From the NCBI RefSeq assembly GCF_001194135.2, contig NC_068992.1, positions 9,750,391 to 9,814,390 on the forward strand: a stretch of DNA of 64,000 nt, in the 5' to 3' direction. Positions within the stretch are counted from its first letter, which is position 1. Each line of letters starts with the position of its first letter. Below the pieces are notes generated by a model, which was not told where the DNA came from, ran no database searches, and was given only the letters and a program-made list of their open reading frames with translations. Both the position numbers and the translations under genes were made by a program. The DNA is from Octopus bimaculoides (taxonomy: Eukaryota). This document shows positions 52,146 through 62,565 of the stretch, piece after piece.

Positions 52146-53200
52146 ACTCTTTACTCTTTTACTTGTTTCAGTCATTTTGACTGCGGCCATGCTGGAGCAC
52201 CGTCTTTAGTCGAGCAAATCGACCCCAGGACTTATTCTTTGTAAGCCTAGTACTTATTCTATCGGTCTCTGTTGTCGAACTGCTAAGTTACGGGGACGTA
52301 AACACACCAGCATCGGTTGTCAAGCAATGTTGGGGGTCAAACACATACATACATACATATATTTGCCAGTGCCCCTGGACTGGCCCTTGTGCGGGTGACA
52401 CATGAAATGTTTCGAGCGGGATCGTTGCCAGTGCCCATAGACTGGCTAATGTGCGGGAGACACATGAAATCTTTCGAGCGAGATCGATGCCAGTGCCCCT
52501 GGACTGGCTCATGTGCGGGCGACACATGAAATNNNNNNNNNNNNNNNNNNNNNNNNNNNNNNNNNNNNNNNNNNNNNNNNNNNNNNNNNNNNNNNNNNNN
52601 NNNNNNNNNNNNNNNNNNNNNNNNNNNNNNNNNNNNNNNNNNNNNNNNNNNNNNNNNNNNNNNNNNNNNNNNNNNNNNNNNNNNNNNNNNNNNNNNNNNN
52701 NNNNNNNNNNNNNNNNNNNNNNNNNNNNNNNNNNNNNNNNNNNNNNNNNNNNNNNNNNNNNNNNNNNNNNNNNNNNNNNNNNNNNNNNNNNNNNNNNNNN
52801 NNNNNNNNNNNNNNNNNNNNNNNNNNNNNNNNNNNNNNNNNNNNNNNNNNNNNNNNNNNNNNNNNNNNNNNNNGCGGGCGAAACGTAAAAGCACCCACTA
52901 CACTCTCTGAGTGGTTGGCGTTAGGAAGGGCATCCAGCTGTAGAAACTCTGCCAAATTAGATTGGAGCCTGGTGTTGCCATCCGGTTTTACTAGTCCTCA
53001 GTCAAATCGTCCAACCCATGCTAGCATGGAAGGCGGACGTTAAACGATGATGATGATATATATATGATGGGCTTCTTTCACACACAAGGCTTTGGTCAGC
53101 CCAAGTCTATAGTAGAAGACACTTGCCCAAGGTTCCACACAGTGGGACTGAACCTGGAACCATGTGGTTGGTAAGCAAGCTACTTACCACACAACCACTC
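52146..53200 (-). mobile_element. SINE family A split by a family D insertion
   Basis: 3' half at 52146-52360 and 5' half at about 53066-53200, with family D between them at the internal microsatellite. Confidence 0.8.
52362..53055 (+). mobile_element. Family D retroposon with 62-bp tandem 5' array (gap inside)
   Basis: gccagtgccc at 52365, 52427 and 52489; 3' hairpin and GAT tail at 53015-53055. Confidence 0.85.
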
Positions 53201-53577
53201 CTGCACCTATTTGTAGAAACTTTCATTAAAAAATATCCATTTTCTGAAAGTTACGAAGAAACAAATTCAGAGATGGGAGGTGCATACTTGTGTAGTTTTG
53301 CCGAAACACTTAATGACTGTAATTTATATGGAATAACTTCAATGCCAAGTTCAGATAAGAAAAGGATAAAACAGAAACTATTATTGACTTAAGGATGTTA
53401 ACAGACAATGAATCATAATTCCTGGAATTCTGTGCCTAGTTTCATTTTCTGCATAACCATGAATTTTTTTTGAATTTTTTGTAATTTGATACATAGGAAA
53501 ACCTAGAGTGAGTCAGAGCTTTAAAAATGAAAGTGACTTCTCCTGTATTTATTTTGTTATGTGTGTTCGTTGTATAG

Positions 53578-53733
53578 AGTGAAGTTGAAAGCAAAGCAAA
53601 CAGCGACTGCAATGGCTTTATCAACAGAAACGCTACTCACGGAAACATTTTGGATGGGGTGTGACAGATATGAAGATGCAAGGAGATCCGTAGACACCTT
53701 GTTTTTAAACGAACCAAAAGACTCAGCAGCAGT
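53578..53733 (+). CDS. Candidate 156-nt symmetric exon encoding a TPR-like peptide
   Basis: Acceptor gtgttcgttgtatag, donor AGT|gtaaga. Single open frame VKLKAKQTATAMALSTETLLTETFWMGCDRYEDARRSVDTLFLNEPKDSAAV; RYEDA...LFLNEPKDSAA resembles TPR helix B (YEEA...ALELDP...A). Confidence 0.4.
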
Positions 53734-54044
53734 GTAAGAGGCAGGAGAATACGAATGCCATGGGACACATAAAGTCATCCTTTTCTTTTCTTATGCAGGT
53801 ATTATGACAGTGGAGGTGCATGGCACAGAGAGAGAGAGAGAGAGAGAGAGAAGTGGTTATGATAATCGGTTGCCGATCAATATGGTCGTGAGTTCGATTA
53901 CCGGTGACACGTTGCTGTGTCCTTGATGCAAGACACTTTATTTCATGTTGCTCCAGTCCTCTCAGCTGGCAAAAACGAGCAGTATCTATATTACAAAGGG
54001 CCAGCTATGTCACGCTGAATTTCCCCGGAGAACTACATTAAAAG

Positions 54045-54300
54045 GGTAATCTTCAAGTTTAGGGGGATAAAAAAATAAATAAAAATATTCAAGGGAAATA
54101 ACTGAACGACTTACCAGTATTATCCGTTTTCTTCTAGCTGTTTATAAATAAATCACACCCTAACCCTAACCCTAATGTCAATCAAATCACGTGTGATTTA
54201 TTTATAAACAGAGATGTACGGAGAATACTGGTAAGACGTTCAGTTACTTCCCTTGAATTTTTTTATTTATTTTTTTATCCCCCTAAACTTGAAGATTACC
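54045..54300. mobile_element. Mutator-type foldback MITE (256 bp) with perfect 9-bp TSD, inserted in a family B SINE
   Basis: TSD cattaaaag at 54036-54044 and 54301-54309; arms 54045-54158 and 54191-54300 are near-perfect inverted repeats; removing the insert restores SINE B sequence. Confidence 0.9.
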
Positions 54301-55532
54301 CATTAAAAGTACGTGTATCTGTGGAGTGCTCAGCCACTTCCACATTAATTTCACCAGCAGGTTGTTCGGTTGATCGGATCAGCTGGAACCCTTGCTGTCG
54401 TAACTGATGGAGTGCCAGTATTACGACGGTGAATAAACAGACCTCAGATTGGTGGTGATTGGTGACATCCATTCTCCGAGTATCGTAAACAATAGTTGCT
54501 ATTTATACAATAAAGAGCACAGCTGTGAATGAACTGCTTGTAGGTTTGAAGGTTATAAGCTTTGGAAGGATAGCATTAGTCACCCACTTAATATATCGAA
54601 TTAATCAGAGATGAAGCACGTTTAATAATAAAAGTAGTCTCTCGATCCAACCGGCACAGATGATTTGTTTATAGTAATCAAATGCTTGTGCTGCATATTA
54701 CCTCACTTCCTCTATCAAATAGACATTACCTGTTCAGGTGTACAAGTGTGTCACACGCCATACGGTGAAATGATCGCAGAGTAATGCGAAATGAAGTGTT
54801 TTACGCGAGAACACAACGCACCGCCTGGTCCGGGAGAAGAACCCACGATTTCACACTCGAAACCACTGGGTCACGCGCCAAAGATAATCAGTGCATAAGT
54901 GGGAAAGTTTTGATAAGTTTAGCTACCTTAGTACTAAAGGATCCAGGGACTGAGACGGTGTTGTTTGCTGAGAAGATAGCAGGTGTCCCTAACGAAGCAG
55001 TGGCTAGACTTAGTGGGAGGCCAGAGTTGGTAATGACGAGTAAAGAGCGTCTTTGGGGATTTTACATTTTTACGAAACATTTAAAGTTAGATACAGAAAT
55101 AAAATCAAAAATTTTAAAAAGCTTAATGATAATTAAAATAAAGATATTTAAAGCTACGCTTGATTTATCAGTGGAAAGACATGAGAGCGATTTGGTCTGT
55201 TTTGTTTACAGCAATAATGAAATACAATTTTTTACAAATGACAGTAAAATGTAATTTTTAACGAGGTATCTAAACATTTATAAAAATTCGACAAAATAGA
55301 AGTAAACAAAACTGAAAAAAAAGTTTTCATTCATTTAAAAACAACATTACAATTTATTTACAAATTTCCCCTTTAATCCCACATGTAGTTTATAATTCAA
55401 CATTAATAGTTCAGCGTTTATAACTTCGCATTTTGTTTAAAACTATTTTCCTGTAATAAAAGAAATAAAATAAAATACCATGTTTATGAAATTATATCCT
55501 AAACTGTAAATATTTAAAAGAATGTAACTTAC

Positions 55533-55571
55533 TTCCTCATCGGCACCAGCGGCGTAATTAAACTGAACTAG
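55533..55571 (-). CDS. Candidate 39-nt symmetric exon
   Basis: Acceptor actgctcttttag, consensus donor GAA|gtaagt; only phase 0 is open: LVQFNYAAGADEE. Confidence 0.4.
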
Positions 55572-57064
55572 CTAAAAGAGCAGTCATCGAAAGTGGTTCC
55601 AAAATCCGGTTTGTGAACATAAACATATCGACAAGAATTCTTTCATATCGAAACGTTCTGTTGTGGATAGAATGTTCTAAAATCTGTTTACTTTTCACTA
55701 CTTTACGACGGTAAACTGTATGTTAACCAAATATGATGTATGTGATTCATTTTAATTTCGAATTATAAACATTCATTTAGAAACAATCCCGTATCATGTT
55801 TTAAGATCCACATTAAACAATGACGTCAAAAAGGAAAAAAAGGCAATTCACTCTTTAATTAGATACTTAATTAGATATCAAACTAATAATTCCGACATAA
55901 AGGAGAATTAAATTTACACCATCATTAGTTTCTTCTCCAAAAATAAAGTCCTCTGCTATACATACACCCTTATAGCCAAAACATCAAGAAAACTATTTCG
56001 ACATTCTTCAAATTTCTTTTTATTCCAATATTCGGGTTGTATTTTGTTCTTATACCCAAGACTAGCTGCACTGCACAGTTCGTTCTATTTTCAATAATGC
56101 AAATTATTCTATACAATTATTTTAAAAACCGGAAAGCTACTCTTTTTTTGAACAACAACGTCGTTGTTACGAATTTTCAATGATGAATAGATATCATTGT
56201 TTTTGTTTTTGAGGTTTTAGATCCTTCGCCTCTGTACATCGACGAAACACACAATAGACTTCCACACAGTTTCTGTCAACTAAATTACACACAAGTATGT
56301 ATTGTACGTATTGTGTATTACACTCGTTGTGTATATTAATACACAATGCACATGACACTTCCCCATGGTGCCATGCTGTAGAATCGAACCCGGAACCACG
56401 CAGCTAAGTCAAAATCCCAGCTAATGGCATTATAATAGAACTTTATCTCACCTTGTGTAATCCCGAAATCCTTTTTGCTATAGTCACAATGCCTGAAATT
56501 TTGGCAGGGTGGGAGCTGATCGATTACATCGGCCCCAGTGCTAAACTCGTACTTATTTCATCGACCCGAAAGCCATGGCATACTGTTTCAATACTTTATG
56601 ATACGTTTTCTCATTTTGTTTTTTAACAGCTTCATCTCGATTCTTCTGGACAACATCTTATTTTTAATCTTCCTAATTTCTATACCTGGTATCTATTTAC
56701 GACTAGGTGGAGTGTGTGACTGAAAGCTATTATTTATCTATATAAACGATCCATTATATAGTCACAGGGAATCGAAACAGCGATCGAATTCTATCTATAC
56801 CATCTTCGAAGTCTTTTGGAGAAGATGAGATGATACGAGGGGAAGAAATGATATAAAGATCGAAAACAAAACAAAAGTTTACAGAACTTAATTTCTCCGT
56901 TAATGATTTTGTTTCTGCAATCTTCTTTCCATTTTCAGTCGTAGTCAGTTCACTCCACTAACGTCGCTAATGTCTTTGAGAAAAGCATGGACATTGCATA
57001 ATCTCTACGATTCTTAAGTATCTGGTACTATGTGAGAATATATATATACATATACAGTACAGAC

Positions 57065-57142
<78 letters not shown>

Positions 57143-57173
57143 GGATGGATAGACGGACAGACGGACGGATGGA

Positions 57174-57204
<31 letters not shown>

Positions 57205-57313
57205 GCGGACGGATGGATAGATAGATGGGTAGATAGATAGATAGACGGACGGACGTATGGATAGATGGATAGATGGATGGATGGATAGACGGACAGACGG
57301 ACGGATGGATAGG

Positions 57314-57360
<47 letters not shown>

Positions 57361-57430
57361 GCGGACGGATGGGTAGATAGATAGATAGACGGACGGACGT
57401 ATGGATAGATGGATAGATGGTATGATGGAT
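57065..57430. repeat. GATA/GATG/GACA/GACG tetranucleotide array with a higher-order duplication
   Basis: aggcggacggatgg block recurs at about 57203 and 57359. Confidence 0.9.
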
Positions 57431-57565
57431 GAAAAGACAGATTTAGAAAAGAGAGAGAGAACAAAGAAACTTCTGTAAATGATCAAAACAAAACAAAGAG
57501 AAATTGAGATTTTCTTATACTGTTTAGGAAAAAAAAAACTAATGTTAACTGTTGCTATTTTGTAG

Positions 57566-57701
57566 AACGCAGTTGGAACCTATGGAATGAAACGCAACAG
57601 GTTATGGCAGCGGTGAAGAAAGGGAAACCAGCTACTTTACCGTTCGATAATTCAAAGAAAGCGCACTTCTTGCTCGAGTCTTCAGTAGCGACTGCAGATA
57701 G
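57566..57701 (+). CDS. Candidate exon, possibly containing a start codon
   Basis: Acceptor ttgctattttgtag; open frame RSWNLWNETQQVMAAVKKGKPATLPFDNSKKAHFLLESSVATAD with ATG in gttATGg context; weak donor AG|gtagtc. Confidence 0.3.
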
Positions 57702-57911
57702 GTAGTCTTACGTCATCAGTGCGAGACAACCAATGAGGTAATAGAAAGGGTAAGAGTATAAGAGAAAGAGGGAGAGAGTTGAATTAATAGCACAAAGGGG
57801 TACGTTCATAAATACCAGTTACTTCGCTCTTCCTGTTATCCTCTCGGATAACTAACATATGCACATGTACTGTGTATGTATATATATATATATATAAACA
57901 AGATATCTTAC

Positions 57912-57929
57912 CTGATCAACATTGGGCAT
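57912..57929 (-). CDS. Candidate first coding exon (MPNVDQ)
   Basis: ATG CCC AAT GTT GAT CAG followed by the strong donor CAG|gtaaga; phase 0 is compatible with 55533-55571. Confidence 0.3.
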
Positions 57930-58083
57930 CTGCGTTTAGACTTTTTTTTGTTTTGTTTTATGTTTTTTATGGTGGTTTTTGTATTTTCCCCCATTTAGAT
58001 ACGGTTGCACAGTACTGCCTGGCAACGTATTTTCTCATTGCATTCTAATACTGCATGCACTAAGTGTGTTTGTGTGTTTGTAT

Positions 58084-58120
<37 letters not shown>

Positions 58121-58649
58121 ACATACACACATTCACAAATATATATATACATACACACATATATACACATATATATATGCATGTATGTGGATGTCTTGAA
58201 ATATCTCTCCCTGACGAAGGTCAACAAAACAATCAGGCAGATGTGCATTAGTAAGGTACTAAATAATGCTTGAATAATATGCCTTTGAAGAGTCTTTGTG
58301 GATGCTGCAAAGTGGAAGATGTCAAAGAGACAGGGATACCATCCTTTTACAAAGGATGGTATCCCTGCAGAATTGTACAAAGCTCTGAGTCAAGAGTCTT
58401 TCGAAGCATTCTATAATGCTCTTTCTCTATTGGCAAGAAATCTGAATAATTACATACCTACATACATATACAACACATGCATATATATGTATGCACACAC
58501 AAACTCTTATATACGTATATGATACATACATAAGTGTGTGTTTGTGTGTGCGTGCAGATGAACTTGCACTGATACATATACATTAACACACATATGTTTG
58601 CACACTTGATATACAAATTCTTTTGGGTATATATGTCTATGGAATAGAT

Positions 58650-60110
58650 GAAGTGAGTATAGTTAGCTGAGGAATGGCTAGAAAAAGCAAAGCTTTGGAT
58701 AGAATTATTAACTTAAGACTAGTCATAAACAAAACCATTGTGGCAGTTAGCTCCATATATGCAAAGCTAGCAGACGATCAAAGGACTGCTTTTATAAATC
58801 CCTCTTACAGCCTACCTTCACAATGAATGAGGGCAATAACATTGTCACAGCTGGACATTTTAATGGACATATTAGGAAACAGCATGAGATAGTTTCTCTA
58901 GTATATATGGAGACTATGTAGATGGTATGAGAAATGAAAAAGAACAAGGCTTCTAGAGTTTTGTAATGCAAATGACCCAACTGTTTACCACTTGTATAAA
59001 CTGGCCAACCATTTGATCAAACACACAAGCCAGATAGACATTATACTCACCAGGAAGCAAAATAGATAAATGGTTGTGATTACTAAGTCTGTCCACAATG
59101 AAGAATGTGTAATTCAATATCTACTAGCATTTAGTGACTCCAACCCTTTGTTTATCTAAAGTATTTTCACAAGCTTGACCTAAACACCCATGAATTTTAT
59201 CAGACTTTTAATTAGCCTTTATTTCATATATATTCTGAATAAGTTACTCTGGTGGTTGAAAAAATTTGGAATGTGTACCATATATGATGCATAGACTCCA
59301 GGGATAGAGGACAGGCAAAATGTTAAAATAGAATTTAGTAATATAAATTTGTCATTATTACACTTGTATTTTCCACTGAATGTTAATGGATGGTTTCGAT
59401 TTAAATCCCTTTAAAACAGTAATTTTGTATCATAGAACCAAAATGGTCCCCTGTGAGATGGCAGCAAAAGGACTAGAAAAGGAAAGTATGGAAGCTGAAA
59501 GAGTCCACTACCAATTGTAGATTCAGAAAAGTATGAGTTGATGCATATGACTGAAGAGAGGAGGAGATGCCACAGGATGACTGGCAGTCTCTATGAGACA
59601 ACCAGCTTAGGGCTACAGACAAGATCTATTGATATAATAGTTGGTGCAAGGTTTCAGTCTGATGGAAAATAGAGTAGAAAGAATCATAAAAGATGAGAGA
59701 CAGGCTTAGAAAAGGGTCAGAAAAGAGCAGGGCCAAGTAACTAAAAATGAAAGCTAACAGAGAATCTGAAAGAGGTTTGTCATTGTTTTGTAGCACGGGA
59801 ATCAAAGATGTGAAGTGTTCTAAATTGCAACATAGTTTACTGTAAAAAAAATCATGGCTTTGTTGGAAAGGAGTGTTTACAGAATAACAATTGTACACTT
59901 GACTTCACTTGATATCAAAAAGACAGAGACATAGAATTGCTTTTAGAAAAGATTTCTGAAGAAGAGAGAGTGGTGAGGAAGAGCCTACTTCAAGTAAATC
60001 CCACAAGAGAACGATTACTAAAATTAAGAGCCATCTGGTCAAAAGCACAATGGGAAATAAAGGCAGAATAATCAGAGAATACAGCTGAGTCATAGAGATT
60101 TGTTAGTTAG
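58650..60110 (+). mobile_element. Decayed RTE-clade LINE: APE endonuclease to RT linker
   Basis: DRIINLRLV...VSSIYA...AGHFNGHI...RLLEFCNAND, VWKLK and downstream remnants match RTE ORF order. A separate DGIPAELYKAL fragment lies at 58320-58440. Confidence 0.75.
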
Positions 60111-60271
60111 ATGCCTGAAATAACTGGGACAGCAGGTTGTGTAGTAATCATTCACATAGTGAATCATGTTGTACAGGAAAACACTTAATGACTGGCATAG
60201 CATTATCTTCAACTGCTACAATGGCCATGAAACTACATATGTGTGTGTGTATATATATATATACACATACA

Positions 60272-60487
60272 CAAGGGGGTACTGAAAAGTTTCTGGCTTT
60301 GGGTAAAAGAAAATACAGGAGGATCACTTAATTATGATTTTATTCAACTTATTCCCCTCTCAGATTCACACACATATTGCAGCAGTCGTTCAGTTTTTCT
60401 AAGCCCTGTAAAAGAACTCAGAATGTTGGGCCTCCAACCAGGCCTTTTGCAGTTCCTTAAAACCAAGAACTTTTCAGCACCCCTTCA
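60272..60487. mobile_element. mariner-type MITE
   Basis: Ends aagggggtactgaaaagtttctggc and ccaagaacttttcagcacccctt are imperfect inverted repeats in TA context. Confidence 0.7.
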
Positions 60488-60851
60488 TATATGTGAATAT
60501 GTATATATATACATATAACTGGCACGCCATCAGTTATGATGACAAGAGTTCCAGATCATCAAATTAACATGCAACTGGCTGAGCACTCCACAGATACACG
60601 TACCCTTAACATAGTTCTCAGGAGGATTCAGCAGGACACTGAATGTGACAAGGCTAGCCCTTTGAATTATACTTACAACACATTGGAGTGGTTGGCATTA
60701 GGAAGGGCATCCATCTATAGAAACATTGCCAGATAAAATTGGAGCCTAGTGCAGCCACTGGCTTTCCAGACCTCAGTCAGACCATCCAACTCATGCCAGC
60801 ATGAAAAACGGACGTTAATTGATGATGATGACACACACACACATTTATATA

Positions 60852-61708
60852 CAGGGTGCGGTGAATAAATTGTTGTCTAAATTACGCAAAAATGAAAATG
60901 ACTCTGACGTCTCATTTTAACAGATATATTTACCAAAATGACATTAAAATATTTTGAAATACTAAAGAGTAAATTCATTCAATAAAATCGCCATTGGCTT
61001 CAACCACAGCCTCCAGACGACTTTGGAATCTCCTGCAACTCTTCTGGACGGTCTCCTTGTTTAAGTTGGTGAATGCTGCTATAATCCTTGCCTTCAGTGC
61101 ACCTTTAGTGTTATAAGGAGTTTTATTGGTCTTAACTGCACTCCACAGATAATAATCAAGGGGGTTGCAGTGTGGGGAGTTAGGTGGCCAGATGTTAAAA
61201 ATGATGTGGTTGCAAAATTGTCTGACAGCCATAACTGGGTTCTCCTGCTTGTGTGGCATGGAGCAGAGTCCTGTTGCGAGACATAAAGTCTTCCAGTAGC
61301 CACCCTTATGAACCAGGCAGTACTACCTCCTCCAGGCATTTGATGTAGGCCTTCGTGTTGAGTGTGAGGCCATGCAGGAAGATGAATGGCAGCATAACAT
61401 TGCCATCACTAGTGATCACTCCAAACACCTTGATGTTGACTGGATGTTTGATTTTTATCACTCTCAGTACATGTTCTCAGATTGACACCCAAACACCCTG
61501 AAATGTTTGTATTGGAGCTTCCGGCACAAATGCAAGTAGTACAACATGTCATTTCCAAATTTCTGGCAGATTTGTGTCATAGTGCTGTTTTTTCTCACAG
61601 ACAGTGCCCAACTGACCCTACCATACTGTGTAGCCGACAAAATCAAAAACAAACAATGTGCATGCAAAAACTGAAAAATATAAAATGGTAACAATTTACC
61701 CATTACAC

Positions 61709-61712
<4 letters not shown>
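60852..61712 (-). mobile_element. Internally deleted maT (DD37D) transposon
   Basis: TIRs cagggtgcggtgaataaattgtt / cagggtgtaatgggtaaattgtt. Across one frameshift, QQDSAPCH...WPPNSPHCNPLDYY has 37 residues between the second and third Asp. N-terminal AGSSNTNISGCLGVNLRT HTH remnant. Confidence 0.85.
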
Positions 61713-61794
<82 letters not shown>

Positions 61795-62377
61795 TCTGTG
61801 GTTGGCAAAATTGTACACACAAACACCTGTCTATGAGAGCAGTAACTCCCCATAAGAAATAACTCAGAATGTGACACATTAGCCAAACAATACCAGCACA
61901 ATGTTGATGTTGTTGTTGTCGCCTGTTTAATATCCCCATGCCTCCTACATTACTTTAATCTGTTATTGTGTACAACAATGGCGCCAACAAACTTTACAAC
62001 AATAGGATTAAATTGAATTGTATCATATTTGTAGTTTGTCCTGACAGTAGGTGTGCAGTGACCTGCTCCAATATTATTTCACAATAGCCATAAAAGTCAT
62101 TGATTTAAATTTACAAACTAAAATAATATAGACATGAAATAATGTAGATATGAACGCATACTAAAAGAATGGGAAGAAGAAATATGATATTCTATGAAAA
62201 CCCAGTTTAGTACATAAACTTATGATGATATCAGTAAATAAAAAAATAAACATAAAAATTCTACATTACAACATTTAGCAATCTAGTTATTTATGTATGC
62301 TCAAAATTTAGGAGACTCTTTTAGTATACATGCCAATGGGGAAAAAATAGTAATAATGATGATAAAGATGGTTTCAA

Positions 62378-62565
62378 ATTTTGCCACAAGGGCAGCCATT
62401 TTGCGGGGAGTGGTTAAGTTGATAACATCAACCCCAGTTATTGACCCCGAAAGGATGAAAGGCAAAGTCGACCTTGGCAGAATTTGAACTCAGTACGTAG
62501 TAACAGATGAAATATCACTCAGCATTTCACCCGGTGTGCTAACGATTCTGCCAGCTCGCCACCTT
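62378..62565 (-). mobile_element. SINE family C
   Basis: Reverse complement matches 7345-7565. Confidence 0.85.

Larger units (their letters stand above)
54400..57900. promoter_or_regulatory. CpG-retaining, promoter-proximal-like zone
   Basis: By eye CpG dinucleotides are frequent here and scarce in 58-62.8 kb and most of 0-44 kb outside young SINEs; candidate first exons lie at its edge. Not computed. Confidence 0.35.

Noticed and set aside
52362-52532. Repeat-spacer appearance of the family D modules (CRISPR-like)
   Set aside because: The intervening sequences are homologous to each other rather than unique spacers, the context is a eukaryotic retroposon, and there are no cas genes.
54784-55254. 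156-aa ORF
   Set aside because: Starts inside the antisense of a SINE, has no recognisable domain, and its 3' half is AT-rich low-complexity sequence.
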